In this document: piece by piece, positions 1 through 10,910 of the stretch | How positions within the stretch are numbered: the first letter of the stretch is position 1 | Layout of the letters: each line of letters begins with the position of its first letter | DNA from: Octopus bimaculoides | Taxonomy: Eukaryota | Length of the DNA: 64,000 bases | Assembly (NCBI RefSeq): GCF_001194135.2 | Contig: NC_068983.1 | Location: forward strand, 7,003,343 to 7,067,342 | Direction of reading: 5' to 3' | Program-made: the position numbers and the translations under genes | Notes under the pieces: model-generated | Databases searched by the model: none | The model's input: only the letters and a program-made list of their open reading frames with translations | What the model was told of the DNA's origin: nothing

Positions 1-164
1 GAAGTCAACTTTGCATTTGATTCGTTTCTGGATGATTTAAAAAAAAAAGAAGGGAGGGCGTTCAAGAATTACAGTAAATATAATCGACTGTTCTTCAGGA
101 CAAAATTTCTGACCTTGTACATGTGTAAATTAAAAAAAAAAAAGAAATGATTATTTATTATCGT

Positions 165-400
165 AAGGTGGCGAACTGGCAGAACCATTAAGGCACGGGA
201 CAAAATGCTTAGCGGCATTTCGACCGTCTTTACGTTATGGGTTCAAATTCCGCCGAGGTCGACTTTGCCTTTCATCCTTTCGGAGTCGATACATTAATGA
301 CCAGTCAGATCCTGGGGCGGGGGGGGGGTCGATATAACTGACTTCCACCCCCACCACCTCAAATACTGCTGGCCCTGTATCAAAATTTGAAACCATTATT
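165..400 (+). mobile_element. tRNA-derived SINE, family C
   Basis: Head aaggtggcgaactggcagaa, B-box-like gggttcaaattcc, shared central block gtcgactttgcctttcatcctttcgg, ATT-rich tail; more than 10 related copies in window. Confidence 0.8.
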
Positions 401-1645
401 GTTTATTATCGAGATTAAAACGTATTTTATTTAGTCTCCTGTACACAGATCATGAGCTCAAATTTCCCCTGGGCCATAATTTTTCATACCGTGCAGGGAG
501 GGGGTGATAAAAACCAATATTATTTAGCTCTAGGTCGTCAGCTGTGATTGAGTAAACCTATAATGAAAGCCGTTTCATTCATGGCCATTCCAGTATTTTT
601 CTATATCCAGGACATCATTGTCTTGTGTTTATGGTTTTTACTTTTAGGATATGCTTTAAGGAAGCGTTGCTGTTATTTTGGCAACCCAGCACATATAGGC
701 TCTCTCTTCGATCGTATTGCTAGGATGCATGAAGTACGTAACGAAGCAACTAAACCCTGCTCTTTTTCCTTCACTGGATGCCTTGTTAAAAAGAATTATA
801 AATTCCATTGGGATCAACTTTGCCTTTCATCAACACAACTCCCCTCTAGAGTTGATAATATTTATACCATTAAGAGAGTAATTTAACTGACTAGACTCAA
901 AGGAGAAGATAGAAATTATTAATATTGTGAGGAGGTGGTTGATGGCTCGAACGTTTAGTGATAAAAATTTACCATATCTTGTTCGATATCTCACTGGTTC
1001 GTGTTCTAATCCTGCGGGCGTCTGCTTTGCCTTTCATCCCACTGAAGTCGATAAAGTAAACATCAGAATAATATACTGATGATCGATGCACTTCTCGGTA
1101 TCCTTTCGTCTTTAATTGCCTTAATTGCGAGTCAGAAACCATTAAGTGTTATTTATACGAGTGCTAGGAGTTACGCTCTAGTTGCCTGTCTGTAAAGTAT
1201 TCGCAGGTCCTGTTTGCAAACACGGTTTCGATTTTTGATAGTAATCGTGTTGGCTCACTTATTTTACTTCGAAAGGCCATTTATTATTTCCCCAATTCGT
1301 ATTATTAAAAAAAAACCAAAAAAAAAAAACCCCACAACATTCAAAACAAACAAAACAGTATTATTATTCAAGCCTGCCCCTACGATCAAAGGAATTTAAA
1401 GCGTGACCAAATCGTGTGTTTGTCTATCTGTCTGTGTTCAAATATTGTGTATCTGTCTATATATTTAGTGTGTTATTTCAGTTAAAATGGAAAAAAAAAA
1501 AAAAAACCAGTAGGGTGCCGTAAGAAGATAAGACTGATATTTCTCATAGGTCGAGCTTACTATGTAAAAGTTCATTTCGTTGGTTCGCTTAGCTTCACAG
1601 TTAGTGATTTAGAATTCCCAAGAGAGACGTTGAAGTTTTTATAGA

Positions 1646-2105
1646 TTGGCAGAAATGGTTAAAGCATCGGACAAAAATGACTAACAGTATTTCGTCACAG
1701 CTCTTTACGTTTTGAGTTCAAATGTCGCTGAGGTCAACTTTGCCTTTTATCCTTTCTGGGTCGATAAAATAAAGTACTAGTCAACAATTCGAGTCGATAA
1801 TATCGATTAACAACCTTCCCACAAATTGCTGGGGTTGTACCTAAATCAGAAATCGTTATTATTAATCTCAAAAAGGCGACGAGCTGGCAGAATCATTAGC
1901 GTGTCGGACATAGTGCTTGTTTCTTCCAGCTCGTTACATTCTCAGCTGAAATTCTGCTGAGATCGATTTTGTCTTTCATCCTTTCGGGATCGATAAAATA
2001 AAGTACCGGTCAAGTACTTGGGCCGATGTCAGCAATTTTCCTCCCTCACTCCAAACTTCAGGCCTTGTTGCCTATAGTGAAAAAAACAAAAAAACATTCT
2101 TATTA
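1646..2105 (+). mobile_element. Two head-to-tail family C SINEs
   Basis: Both carry tggcagaa head, gagttcaaat/ctgaaattc B-box region, ctttgcc/gtctttcatcctttc block and ttatt tail. Confidence 0.75.
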
Positions 2106-2256
2106 TTAATCTCCAAATCGATGTAAAAAAAACTCACTCAATTAAGGTAATTTTAGAAAGGTATGAATGTTGAAAACATGTCTTATCTCTCATTTAAAAA
2201 TAACAGCAAAACTAAATTCAGTCTAGAAAACAAACAGAAAATCCCCAAAAAACATT

Positions 2257-2336
2257 GCGGGTTTTACCCGCTAGGTTGGAGTGCGGGGGAGGGCGGAAAC
2301 GCGCAGTCTTCGTTCACGAAAAGTCTTGTACAAGAC
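2257..2336. promoter_or_regulatory. Candidate promoter-like GC/CpG cluster
   Basis: GCGGGT-ttt-ACCCGC hairpin 2257-2271, GC box GGGCGG 2291-2296, ACGCGC, perfect 14-bp palindrome GTCTTGTACAAGAC 2323-2336, in non-repeat DNA at the edge of a CpG-retaining zone. Confidence 0.3.
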
Positions 2337-2428
2337 AAAAGTAGAGGGAAGCTAGAATGGACGAGAAGTATTTCATGGGAGTAGAAATTCCCCAGTTCAC
2401 TGTTAGAACACTTTGTTTTTATTTTATG

Positions 2429-2460
<32 letters not shown>

Positions 2461-2852
2461 NNNNNNNNNNNNNNNNNNNNNNNNNNNNNNNNNNNNNNNN
2501 NNNNNNNNNNNNNNNNNNNNNNNNNNNNNNNNNNNNNNNNNNNNNNNNNNNNNNNNNNNNNNNNNNNNNNNNNNNNNNNNNNNNNNNNNNNNNNNNNNNN
2601 NNNNNNNNNNNNNNNNNNNNNNNNNNNNNNNNNNNNNNNNNNNNNNNNNNNNNNNNNNNNNNNNNNNNNNNNNNNNNNNNNNNNNNNNNNNNNNNNNNNN
2701 NNNNNNNNNNNNNNCACACACACACACACACACACACTTCTCTATTTCTGCCGCTAAGGCTGGTTTTCCCTTCCTATCTCACTACAGAATATAGCCTAAC
2801 CCACCCACACATTTTTCTCCCCTAGGGTAGTCCTGGAGAGATATTTATATAT

Positions 2853-3183
2853 CTTTTACTTGTTCAGTTATCAGACCGCGGTCATGCTGGGGCAATGCCG
2901 TGAAGAATGTTTTTTTTTTTGTCGAATGAATCGCTACCAGTACTTTTTATTCTTAAGCCTGATTCTTATTCTATTGATCTCTTTGTCGAACCGCTAGAGA
3001 ACGTAAACGCACAAACACCGGTTGTCAAGCGGTGGTGGACGCACACACATACACACGAAGGCATCTTTCGGTTTCCGTCTATCAGATGCCCTAACAAAGC
3101 TTTGGTCAGGCCAAGGCTATAGTAGAAGGTACTTGCCCAAGGTGCCACACAGTGGGACTGAACCCAGAACTATGTGGCTGCAG
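2853..3183 (-). mobile_element. Diverged family A tRNA-SINE
   Basis: Matches family A blocks ttttacttgt..., aggctatagtagaag..cttgcccaaggtgcc, gggactgaaccc. Confidence 0.75.
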
Positions 3184-3209
3184 TCGGATGACTCAACAAA
3201 TAAAAGATT

Positions 3210-3215
3210 TGTGTA

Positions 3216-3258
<43 letters not shown>

Positions 3259-3560
3259 GTGGGTGTATATTTGTATACATACATATATGGGTGTGTGTGT
3301 ATTTGTGTATATATATGGGTGTGTATATATTTCTATATAAATATACACGTGTATATTTGTATATATATATGTGTGTGTGTGTGAGTGTGTGTATACATAT
3401 GTGTGTGTATATTTATATATATGTGCATGTGTGTGTGTGTATATTTATATATATATGTACACGTGTGTGTATATGTGTATACAGGTACACATGTGTGTAT
3501 ATGTATATACATGTACACGTGTGATACATGTATGCATGTGCATGTATATATGTGTGCTTC
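3210..3560. repeat. Compound (TA)/(TG) microsatellite
   Basis: Direct inspection. Confidence 0.95.
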
Positions 3561-3574
3561 TCTTACATCACAGT

Positions 3575-3790
3575 GTCGAGCAGGCTTGCAGATGCTGTTA
3601 CACACCACCTGTCACAATGTGCTTCCAATTCTGTCTTGACTGCATCATTTTTTTTCCCATCGTGACCCAAAATGCTTGACCAAATCATCTCCCTTCATCG
3701 TTGAGGCCTTTCAAGTGCCCTTTTCTTATCTCTTGGCTACCTCTCAGCAGCAACTGGACAGGTCCACCTGTTGTCTGTGAACCTTGCAAT
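3575..3790 (-). pseudogene. Decayed RTE-type LINE ORF C-terminal fragment
   Basis: Minus strand reads ARFTDNRWT...PRDKKRALERP, resembling the RTE motif R.TDNRWT...W.PR..KR..GRP; stops and frameshifts. Confidence 0.45.
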
Positions 3791-3800
3791 ATGTGTGTGT

Positions 3801-4097
3801 GTATGGCTTAGTGGTTAGGGTGTTGCACTCATAATTGCGAGATCATGGTTTCACTTCCTAGATCAGGCAGTGCAATGTCTTTCTTGAGCAAAACACTTCA
3901 TTTCACGTTGCTCCACGATCACTTTGACACTTGATGCATGGTACACCATGCACCTGTTCTGACAACATTGATTTAATGGAGAGAGTGAGCTGATGTTACG
4001 TCACATACATTTGATCACTATAAACAAATCATTTGTGCAGGTCATGTGGCAAAAGGCCAAACGTTCACACATTGTCTTCAACAGGAGAGCCCGTCGT
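3801..4097 (+). mobile_element. Family B-type tRNA-SINE variant
   Basis: A box tggcttagtgg, cttgagcaaaacacttcatttcacgttgctcca block shared with 40591-40918. Confidence 0.7.
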
Positions 4098-4509
4098 GTG
4101 TGTGTGTGTGTGTGTATGTAGGGGGCTGTTTGTAAGTGCTCCTTTTGTACATAAAATTTTTACCGGTATTAGCATATAATTTTACTTATTTGGCATTTTC
4201 TTTCTGAATACAAGCTGTCTTCTCTGGAAATTTTCCTTTCTTTCCAGAAAATGCTATGTCAACATAAGTTTTGCAATTCTTATCTTCATTGAATGTTTAT
4301 ATGACATAAATCACATTAACCTTGGACCAGTGGTTCTTAACCAGTTTTTTTTTTGTTGCACCTACTGCCTTCCTTTTAAGTAGATGTTTTGCCTAGCACC
4401 CACCCAAGTGGCAAGTGAGGTATCATCACTAAACTAACTTAACACGGATGATGATTTATTAAGCTTTTAACAGTGAAATGATAAAAAAATTGATGAAGAC
4501 AAATGTTAC

Positions 4510-4722
4510 TCTTTTACTTGTTTCAGTCATTTGACCGCAGCCATGCTGGAGCACCACCTTTAGTCGAGCAAATCGACCCCACGACTTATTCTTTGTAAGC
4601 CTAGTACTTATTCTATCAGTCTCCTTTGCCGAACTGCTAAGTTACAGGGACGTAAACACACTAGCATCGGTTGTCAAGCGATGTTGGGGTGGGGGGACAA
4701 ACACAGACACACAAACATATAC

Positions 4723-4767
<45 letters not shown>

Positions 4768-4924
4768 TACGATGGGCTTCTTTCAGTTTCCGTCTACCAA
4801 ATCCACTCACAAGGCTTTGGTCGGCTCGAGGCTACAGTAGAAGACACTTGCCCAAAGTGCCACACAGTGGGACTGAACCCGAAACCATGTGGTTCGTAAG
4901 CAAGCTACTTACCACACAGCCACA
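4510..4924 (-). mobile_element. Near full-length family A tRNA-SINE
   Basis: Minus strand has A box tggctgtgtgg, B box gggttcagtccc, internal (TA)n and 3' end aaatgactgaaacaagtaaaag. Confidence 0.9.
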
Positions 4925-5152
4925 AGTTAATGACTTCCCTGTCCCTGACGAGATCTCATTATATTTTAATAACCATTACTAGTTTCATCATGTATAATAT
5001 AATTACTACTAGATGTAGTAATTAGTGTGGTAATTATGGTTCCTCATTGCCCTCATCACTGTCCACTAAAGCCTAATTCCCATCTTCGACATGCCCAGCA
5101 CCCCCTTGGGGCTGGTACCACTCAAGTTGAGAACCTCTGTCTTAGATAATAC

Positions 5153-5326
5153 AGTTCTATATTTGAGAGATGAAGAATTATGTACATTATTTACATTATT
5201 TACATTTGTCCTCATCTTGTTTGTTGTTAACACAGCATTTCGTCTGATGTAATCTCCAGCCTACATCAGGTGTCTTGGAGGAATTTCAAACGTGGGTTCT
5301 CATTCTTAAGGTATCTTTCGATGTTG

Positions 5327-5358
<32 letters not shown>

Positions 5359-5380
5359 GTTATTATTATTATTATTATTA

Positions 5381-5412
<32 letters not shown>

Positions 5413-5430
5413 GTTATTATTCAGGTCACT
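5153..5430 (-). mobile_element. Family E element (hammerhead-bearing), 5'-truncated, degenerate ribozyme
   Basis: Reverse complement of the unit at 7720-7891; core reads CUGAUGU..GAAAUG at 5229-5274; (ATT)n linker; ends in the last 9 nt of the tRNA-like head. Confidence 0.85.
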
Positions 5431-5597
5431 CAATATGGTGTAGTGGTTAAGAGCACAGGCTATTAACCCCAAGATTCCGAGTTCGATTCCAGGCAGTAAC
5501 CTGAATAATAATAATAATAACAACAACAACATTGGAAAAATACCTTAGGAATGAGAACCCAGGTTCGAAATTCCCCCAAGACACCTGATGAAGGCTG
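5431..5597 (+). mobile_element. Family E element: tRNA-like head plus 5' half of hammerhead
   Basis: A box tggtgtagtgg 5436-5446, B box gagttcgattcc 5479-5490, (AAT)n, then gacacCTGATGAaggctg truncated at 5597. Confidence 0.85.
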
Positions 5598-5914
5598 TGA
5601 GTGTGGTGGTGGCGGCGGGGTGGAGGGTGGACTGAAATCATGGTCACTGCTTTTCTGTGCTTCACAAGCATAACTGTGACTCCCGAGTGAGTAAGAGTTG
5701 GTGGCCAGTTTCATGGTTTTTTGCTAATAGTTTTAGGTGTCTTTGGAGTCGTGGGTTGACATAGATACATGCTCAGGTCTTCCACCCTTGAATCAACTGA
5801 ATATTGATGATACTACAACCTGAGGGAGAGAGTATCAACTGCACCAGTACCCCTAATTCATACCCCCCCACCGTTTCAGCTGAGTACACTGGAGCAATGT
5901 GATATGAAATGCCT

Positions 5915-6003
5915 TTGCTTAACTCAGGCACACAACTTGCTTAACTCAGGCACACAGCTTGCTTAACTCAAGCACACAGCATTGCTTAACTCAGACATAC
6001 AAC
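5915..6003. repeat. 22-bp minisatellite x4 (ttgcttaactcaggcacacaac)
   Basis: Four adjacent copies inside a reverse family B SINE remnant. Confidence 0.9.
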
Positions 6004-6074
6004 ATGCTATTTAGTCTGTGAGTTAAACTCACAACTTTTTTGATTGTGAAAAAGTTCTTATGAAATATTTTCAG

Positions 6075-6126
6075 TTGTACATTATTTCTGCCAAATTTCA
6101 TTGAAGATTTCATTTTGAATGAAATG
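6075..6126 (+). CDS. Candidate internal exon of unidentified gene (CTLFLPNFIEDFILNEM)
   Basis: ttttcag acceptor, ATG/gtaaat donor, only one open frame (phase 2 to 0); no recognised homology. Confidence 0.25.
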
Positions 6127-6187
6127 GTAAATTTTAAATGCACTGAAAATTAATTTTCATTAATTATAAAAAATATTTGACAGAATA

Positions 6188-6520
6188 AGGATTCAGTCTC
6201 ATTATGCAGCACCTTGAGCAAGTGTCTTCTGCTATAGCCTTATGAGTGGATTTGGTAGATGGAAACTGAAAGAAGCCCATTGCGTGTGTATGTGTGCGTA
6301 CTCTTGTCTTGTCATCACATGATGGTTGTAATTGAACTTTGTCATCATACAAGTGAGTCTTCCACGTAAAACATGTCTAGCTATGGAAAAACAAATATCT
6401 TGTCTGGAAACAGGTGGATGTTGGTGACAGGAAAGGCATCCATCTCTAAAAAAATCTGCTTCTACATATTCCGCCTGACCCATGCAACCATGGAAAAGTG
6501 AATGTTAGATGATGATAATG
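6188..6520 (+). mobile_element. Family F SINE: family A-type head with RTE-type tail
   Basis: gcaccttgagcaagtgtcttctgctatagcc head followed by ggtgacaggaaaggcatcca...catggaaaagtgaatgttagatgatgat. Confidence 0.65.
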
Positions 6521-7010
6521 AATGAGTCTGATGCATTTGACAAGGTTAAAAGGTTAATATTCTTGTGTTATTGTGACACTACATTAGTTTGTTGTACTTG
6601 ATGTTTGTATTTCTGTCTTCATTCATGCTTTCCTGATGATTATGCCAAAGTCACTGTGGATTTGATTGGTGAACAGCAAAGAAAACGATAGCCAAATATT
6701 TCTTCATATTGGAGAATGCAAGACAGCATTCTCTTCCCAAGTATTCCAGTCTGCATCATCTTCCGAGTGGCTCCTTGTTAGCCAGTGGTCAAACTGTCCA
6801 ACTCATGCCAGCATGGAGAGCGGACATTAAACGATGATGATGATGATGATGATGATGATGTTGATTCTGTTTTCTTCTCTACACTTCTTGACAATTGGCA
6901 TATAAGGCTTCTACTCTCTCTCGATTCTGCCCTGTTGATGACTGTACACAGAGGACCAAACCTCCGGCTCCTGGTCTATTTGAAAGACCTAGAATAAGAA
7001 AAAGCAGTTG

Positions 7011-7344
7011 TAGTTTCTCAACTGGAGTCCATATCAACTCCAGGGATTCATATAAGATTTCTGGGGTCTACACAAACAAAATAATAAATTAGGGACCCAC
7101 AATAGTTTGTTAAGTGTCCATGGAAAGATTTTGTTTTAGATGTATTTATTACAAGAAACAGCAAGATTTTTTTATTCTGTAATGTTTTACACAGTTCAAC
7201 CTACACGAGTTAAAATAACAAAGTAGGAATTTTGAAAGAAGTTTCTATAAAACTAGTTTTTATACGTTGAATGGCAATGGGGGTCCACCAGAATAAAATA
7301 ATAATCAAAGGGACGAATAGATAAAAAATGGTTGAGAACCACTA
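7011..7344. mobile_element. hAT/Charlie-like MITE
   Basis: Imperfect TIRs tagtttctcaact ... ggttgagaaccacta, resembling CAGTGGTTCTCAACC; no coding capacity; no clear 8-bp TSD. Confidence 0.5.
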
Positions 7345-7549
7345 TTGTAAGCGATGCTGTTAGGTGTGTCCACACCGCCCACCCCACGAATAGAGGGTTT
7401 TCACTTGTGGCTACCTATTACTAATATCATTTGAGGATTTTGGGTGTTTGCTAGAATGGTGCACACTGCATGCTATAAAGTATGTGGATTATATGGAGAC
7501 CCGAATGACAATGAATGATGGAAACAGACTCTAGAAGGAGTTTCCCCAA

Positions 7550-7595
7550 GACACCTGATGAAGGCTGGAGGGTATATCAGCCGAAACGTTGTGTT
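7550..7595 (+). ncRNA. Minimal type-I hammerhead ribozyme
   Basis: Stem I GACAC/GUGUU, core CUGAUGA, extra A, stem II GGCUG/CAGCC, GAAA, CG, UU; predicted cleavage after GUU at 7590. Confidence 0.75.
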
Positions 7596-7767
7596 ACCAA
7601 CAAACAAGATGAGGACAAATATCCGTCAAATGTAAATAATGTACACAATTCCTCATCTTTTAAATATAGAACTAAATAATAATAATAATAATAATAATGA
7701 TAATAATGATAATAATAACATTGAAAAATACCTTAGGAATGAGAACCCAGGTTTGAAATTTCCCCAA

Positions 7768-7813
7768 GACACCTGATGAAGGCTGGAGGGTATATCAGCC
7801 GAAACGTTGTGTT
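7768..7813 (+). ncRNA. Minimal type-I hammerhead ribozyme
   Basis: Identical motif to 7550-7595; predicted cleavage after 7808. Confidence 0.75.
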
Positions 7814-7968
7814 AACAACAAACAAGATGAGGACAAATATCTGGCAAATCTAAACTGTGTAAATAATTCCTCATCTCTTGAATATAGAACTTTATGTGCT
7901 GTTCTTGATAACCTTGTACTTATAAAGAAGAGTACAAACTATGGATGCATGTGTAATGTGTTGAGCCT

Positions 7969-8001
<33 letters not shown>

Positions 8002-8020
8002 TTGTAAATATGTGTGTGAG

Positions 8021-8302
8021 TGAAGGTGCATGGATTATTGGTTAGGGTATTTGGTTCACGATTGTAAGGTTGTGAGTTCAATTCCTAGCAATGCAGTGTA
8101 TTCTTGAGCAAGACCCTTTATTTCACGTTGCTCCAGTCCGCTCAGCTGGCAAAAATGAGTAGTACCTGTAATTTCAAAGGTCCAGCCTTGTCACACTCTG
8201 TGTCACGCTGAATCTCTCAGAGAACTGCGTTAAGAGCACATGTGCCTGTGGAATACCCAGCCATTTGGATAATTGGATCAACGAGAATCCTCCTTGTCAT
8301 AA
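8021..8302 (+). mobile_element. Family B/G-type tRNA-SINE
   Basis: ggtgcatgg head, gagttcaattcc B box, ttcacgttgctccagtccgctcagctgg block, tail shared with 47794-48175. Confidence 0.75.
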
Positions 8303-8448
8303 CCAACAGCATGTGTTTTTCAAAATCTGTTGCTCTAAGGAAGACAACACTCAAGCCAATGATGGAGCCTCTACATGGTTATTCAATCAGCCTAGAAATA
8401 GCAGCCATATCTCTCTTAACTCACACTTCACTACCTTAAATAAAGGAT

Positions 8449-8657
8449 CATCATCATTGTTTAACGTCTGCCTTTCAAGCTAGCATGGGTTGGACGATTT
8501 GATTGCGGACTGGCAAACCAGAAGTCTGCACCAGGCTCCAATCTGATCTGGCAGAGTTTCTACAGTTGGATGCCCTTCCTAACGCCAACCACTCCATGAG
8601 TGTAGTAGGTACTTTTATGTGCCACCGGCACAAAGGCCAGTCAGGCGGTACTGGCAA
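8449..8657 (-). mobile_element. Family D RTE-type 3' end
   Basis: ggatgcccttcctaacgccaacc and (CAT)n terminus. Confidence 0.8.
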
Positions 8658-9041
8658 AAGCTCAAAAGGATATATTAGATATAATAAGAAGCTGTGGTGG
8701 TCATGGATAGAATGCTTTTTGATCGTGTCTGCTTTGTCAGAGCTTATCTGGGAGTTAAGAATTAACATCAAAATACAAGATGCAAATGATATGGTTGCAA
8801 TCAGAAGTTAATGTTGAGGCTGAGATTTAGAATAAGTGTGTGTGTATGTCAATTTTATGTATGGCTATGTATATCATAGTGTGTGTGTGTATACCATTGT
8901 GTGTGTTTCTGTATCATTGTGAATGTATGTGAATGTCTATGTGTGTCAATCTTTATGTGTTTCTGTGTGTTTCTATGTATGTGTCAATGTGTATCGGTGT
9001 GTGTGTGTGCGTCTCTCTCTCTCTATCTATATATATATATA

Positions 9042-9142
9042 TCAGATTGGAGCCTGGTGTAGCCATCTGGTTTCACCAGTCCTCAATCAAATCGTCCAAC
9101 CCATGCTAGCATGGAAAGTGGACATTAAACGATGATGATGAT
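9042..9142 (+). mobile_element. Family D RTE-type 3' end, short
   Basis: cagattggagcctgg...catgctagcatggaaag..gacattaaacgatgatgat. Confidence 0.8.
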
Positions 9143-9244
9143 ATATATATATATATATATATATATAAACAAATAGTAAATGAGTATATGCATATATACG
9201 TACAGGTATGTGCGTACCGACATCCACCTGTATGTATAGGTGCA

Positions 9245-9500
9245 TATCTGGGTACAGGACATTGCAAACAAAACGTAGACAAGAAAACACACAAGCCACA
9301 TAGAGAACATTTTCCTTCATCAGCTACCCCCGTTTTAACACCGGCGTTTCGAAGAGCTGGGTAGGACGCATCGTTAAAACGGCTCTTCCCATGGACTGCA
9401 AATTAAATTTGTATACACAAATTAAACCTTGCCATGGAGGAATGTAGTGGCGGACAAAAAACAAGACAGGAAAACAAACGGAAAAGGCTATACGGCCAGA
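9245..9500 (-). mobile_element. Penelope-like terminal fragment (tentative)
   Basis: Minus strand has GAAGAGC/GCTCTTC stem then GAAAC, and a downstream ctgatgaagg; CpG-rich relative to flanks. Confidence 0.35.
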
Positions 9501-10876
9501 CGGGATATATATACATATATGATTGTGTGTCTATGTGTGCAGCATTGTAGGAATGTCTCCATGTGTGTCACTGGGTATCTGTGTATCACTGAATGTGTGT
9601 CAATGTTTATCACTGTGCACGTGTCATTAGGCTTGTGTCATTTTCTTTGTGTGTCTATGTGCATCACTGCATGAGTATGTCTGTATATTGTTATATGAGT
9701 ATGTGTGAGTGAGTGCTATATGTATCATAGTGTGAGCGTTGTTGTTGTTTAACCCTAGGTCAGCTTTGATCCTGTAGACTCGTATCTATAACCAAAGGCA
9801 TTTTAACCATCATTATCTCGCATTTTACGTTTATTTATGACTTAATGTTTTGAAAGTTTTTAATACATATGTTATCTAATGACTAATTCTGTTATTTAAA
9901 ATTTGGCAGGGTGTTGTTTGAGGGATATTTAGCTACTATTTCTATCAAGATTCAGCAATAATTTAGAAACTTCTCATTTCCTTTTTTTTTTTTTTTGTGG
10001 ATTGTTAGAGAAAGAATTAATGTTTTGGTGTGATTGTAGACAAAGAGAGAGAGAGAGAGAGAGAGAGNNNNNNNNNNNNNNNNNNNNNNNNNNNNNNNNN
10101 NNNNNNNNNNNNNNNNNNNNNNNNNNNNNNNNNNNNNNNNNNNNNNNNNNNNNNNNNNNNNNNNNNNNNNNNNNNNNNNNNNNNNNNNNNNNNNNNNNNN
10201 NNNNNNNNNNNNNNNNNNNNNNNNNNNNNNNNNNNNNNNNNNNNNNNNNNNNNNNNNNNNNNNNNNNNNNNNNNNNNNNNNNNNNNNNNNNNNNNNNNNN
10301 NNNNNNNNNNNNNNNNNNNNNNNNNNNNNNNNNNNNNNNNNNNNNNNNNNNNNNNNNNNNNNNNNNNNNNNNNNNNNNNNNNNNNNNNNNNNNNNNNNNN
10401 NNNNNNNNNNNNNNNNNNNNNNNNNNNNNNNNNNNNNNNNNNNNNNNNNNNNNNNNNNNNNNNNNNNNNNNNNNNNNNNNNNNNNNNNNNNNNNNNNNNN
10501 NNNNNNNNNNNNNNNNNNNNNNNNNNNNNNNNNNNNNNNNNNNNNNNNNNNNNNNNNNNNNNNNNNNNNNNNNNNNNNNNNNNNNNNNNNNNNNNNNNNN
10601 NNNNNNNNNNNNNNNNNNNNNNNNNNNNNNNNNNNNNNNNNNNNNNNNNNNNNNNNNNNNNNNNNNNNNNNNNNNNNNNNNNNNNNNNNNNNNNNNNNNN
10701 NNNNNNNNNNNNNNNNNNNNNNNNNNNNNNNNNNNNNNNNNNNNNNNNNNNNNNNNNNNNNNNNNNNNNNNNNNNNNNNNNNNNNNNNNNNNNNNNNNNN
10801 NNNNNNNNNNNNNNNNNNNNTGTGTCTGTGTGTGTGTGTATGTATATATATATATATATATATATATAAACACACA

Positions 10877-10910
<34 letters not shown>

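Larger units (their letters stand above)
7541..7891 (+). mobile_element. Tandem family E units with two hammerheads 218 nt apart
   Basis: Direct repeat joined by (AAT)n; both units end in aaatatagaact-like terminus. Confidence 0.9.

Noticed and set aside
548-886. 112-aa ORF
   Set aside because: No recognisable domain, TTG start, and includes a family C-like block near 820-830
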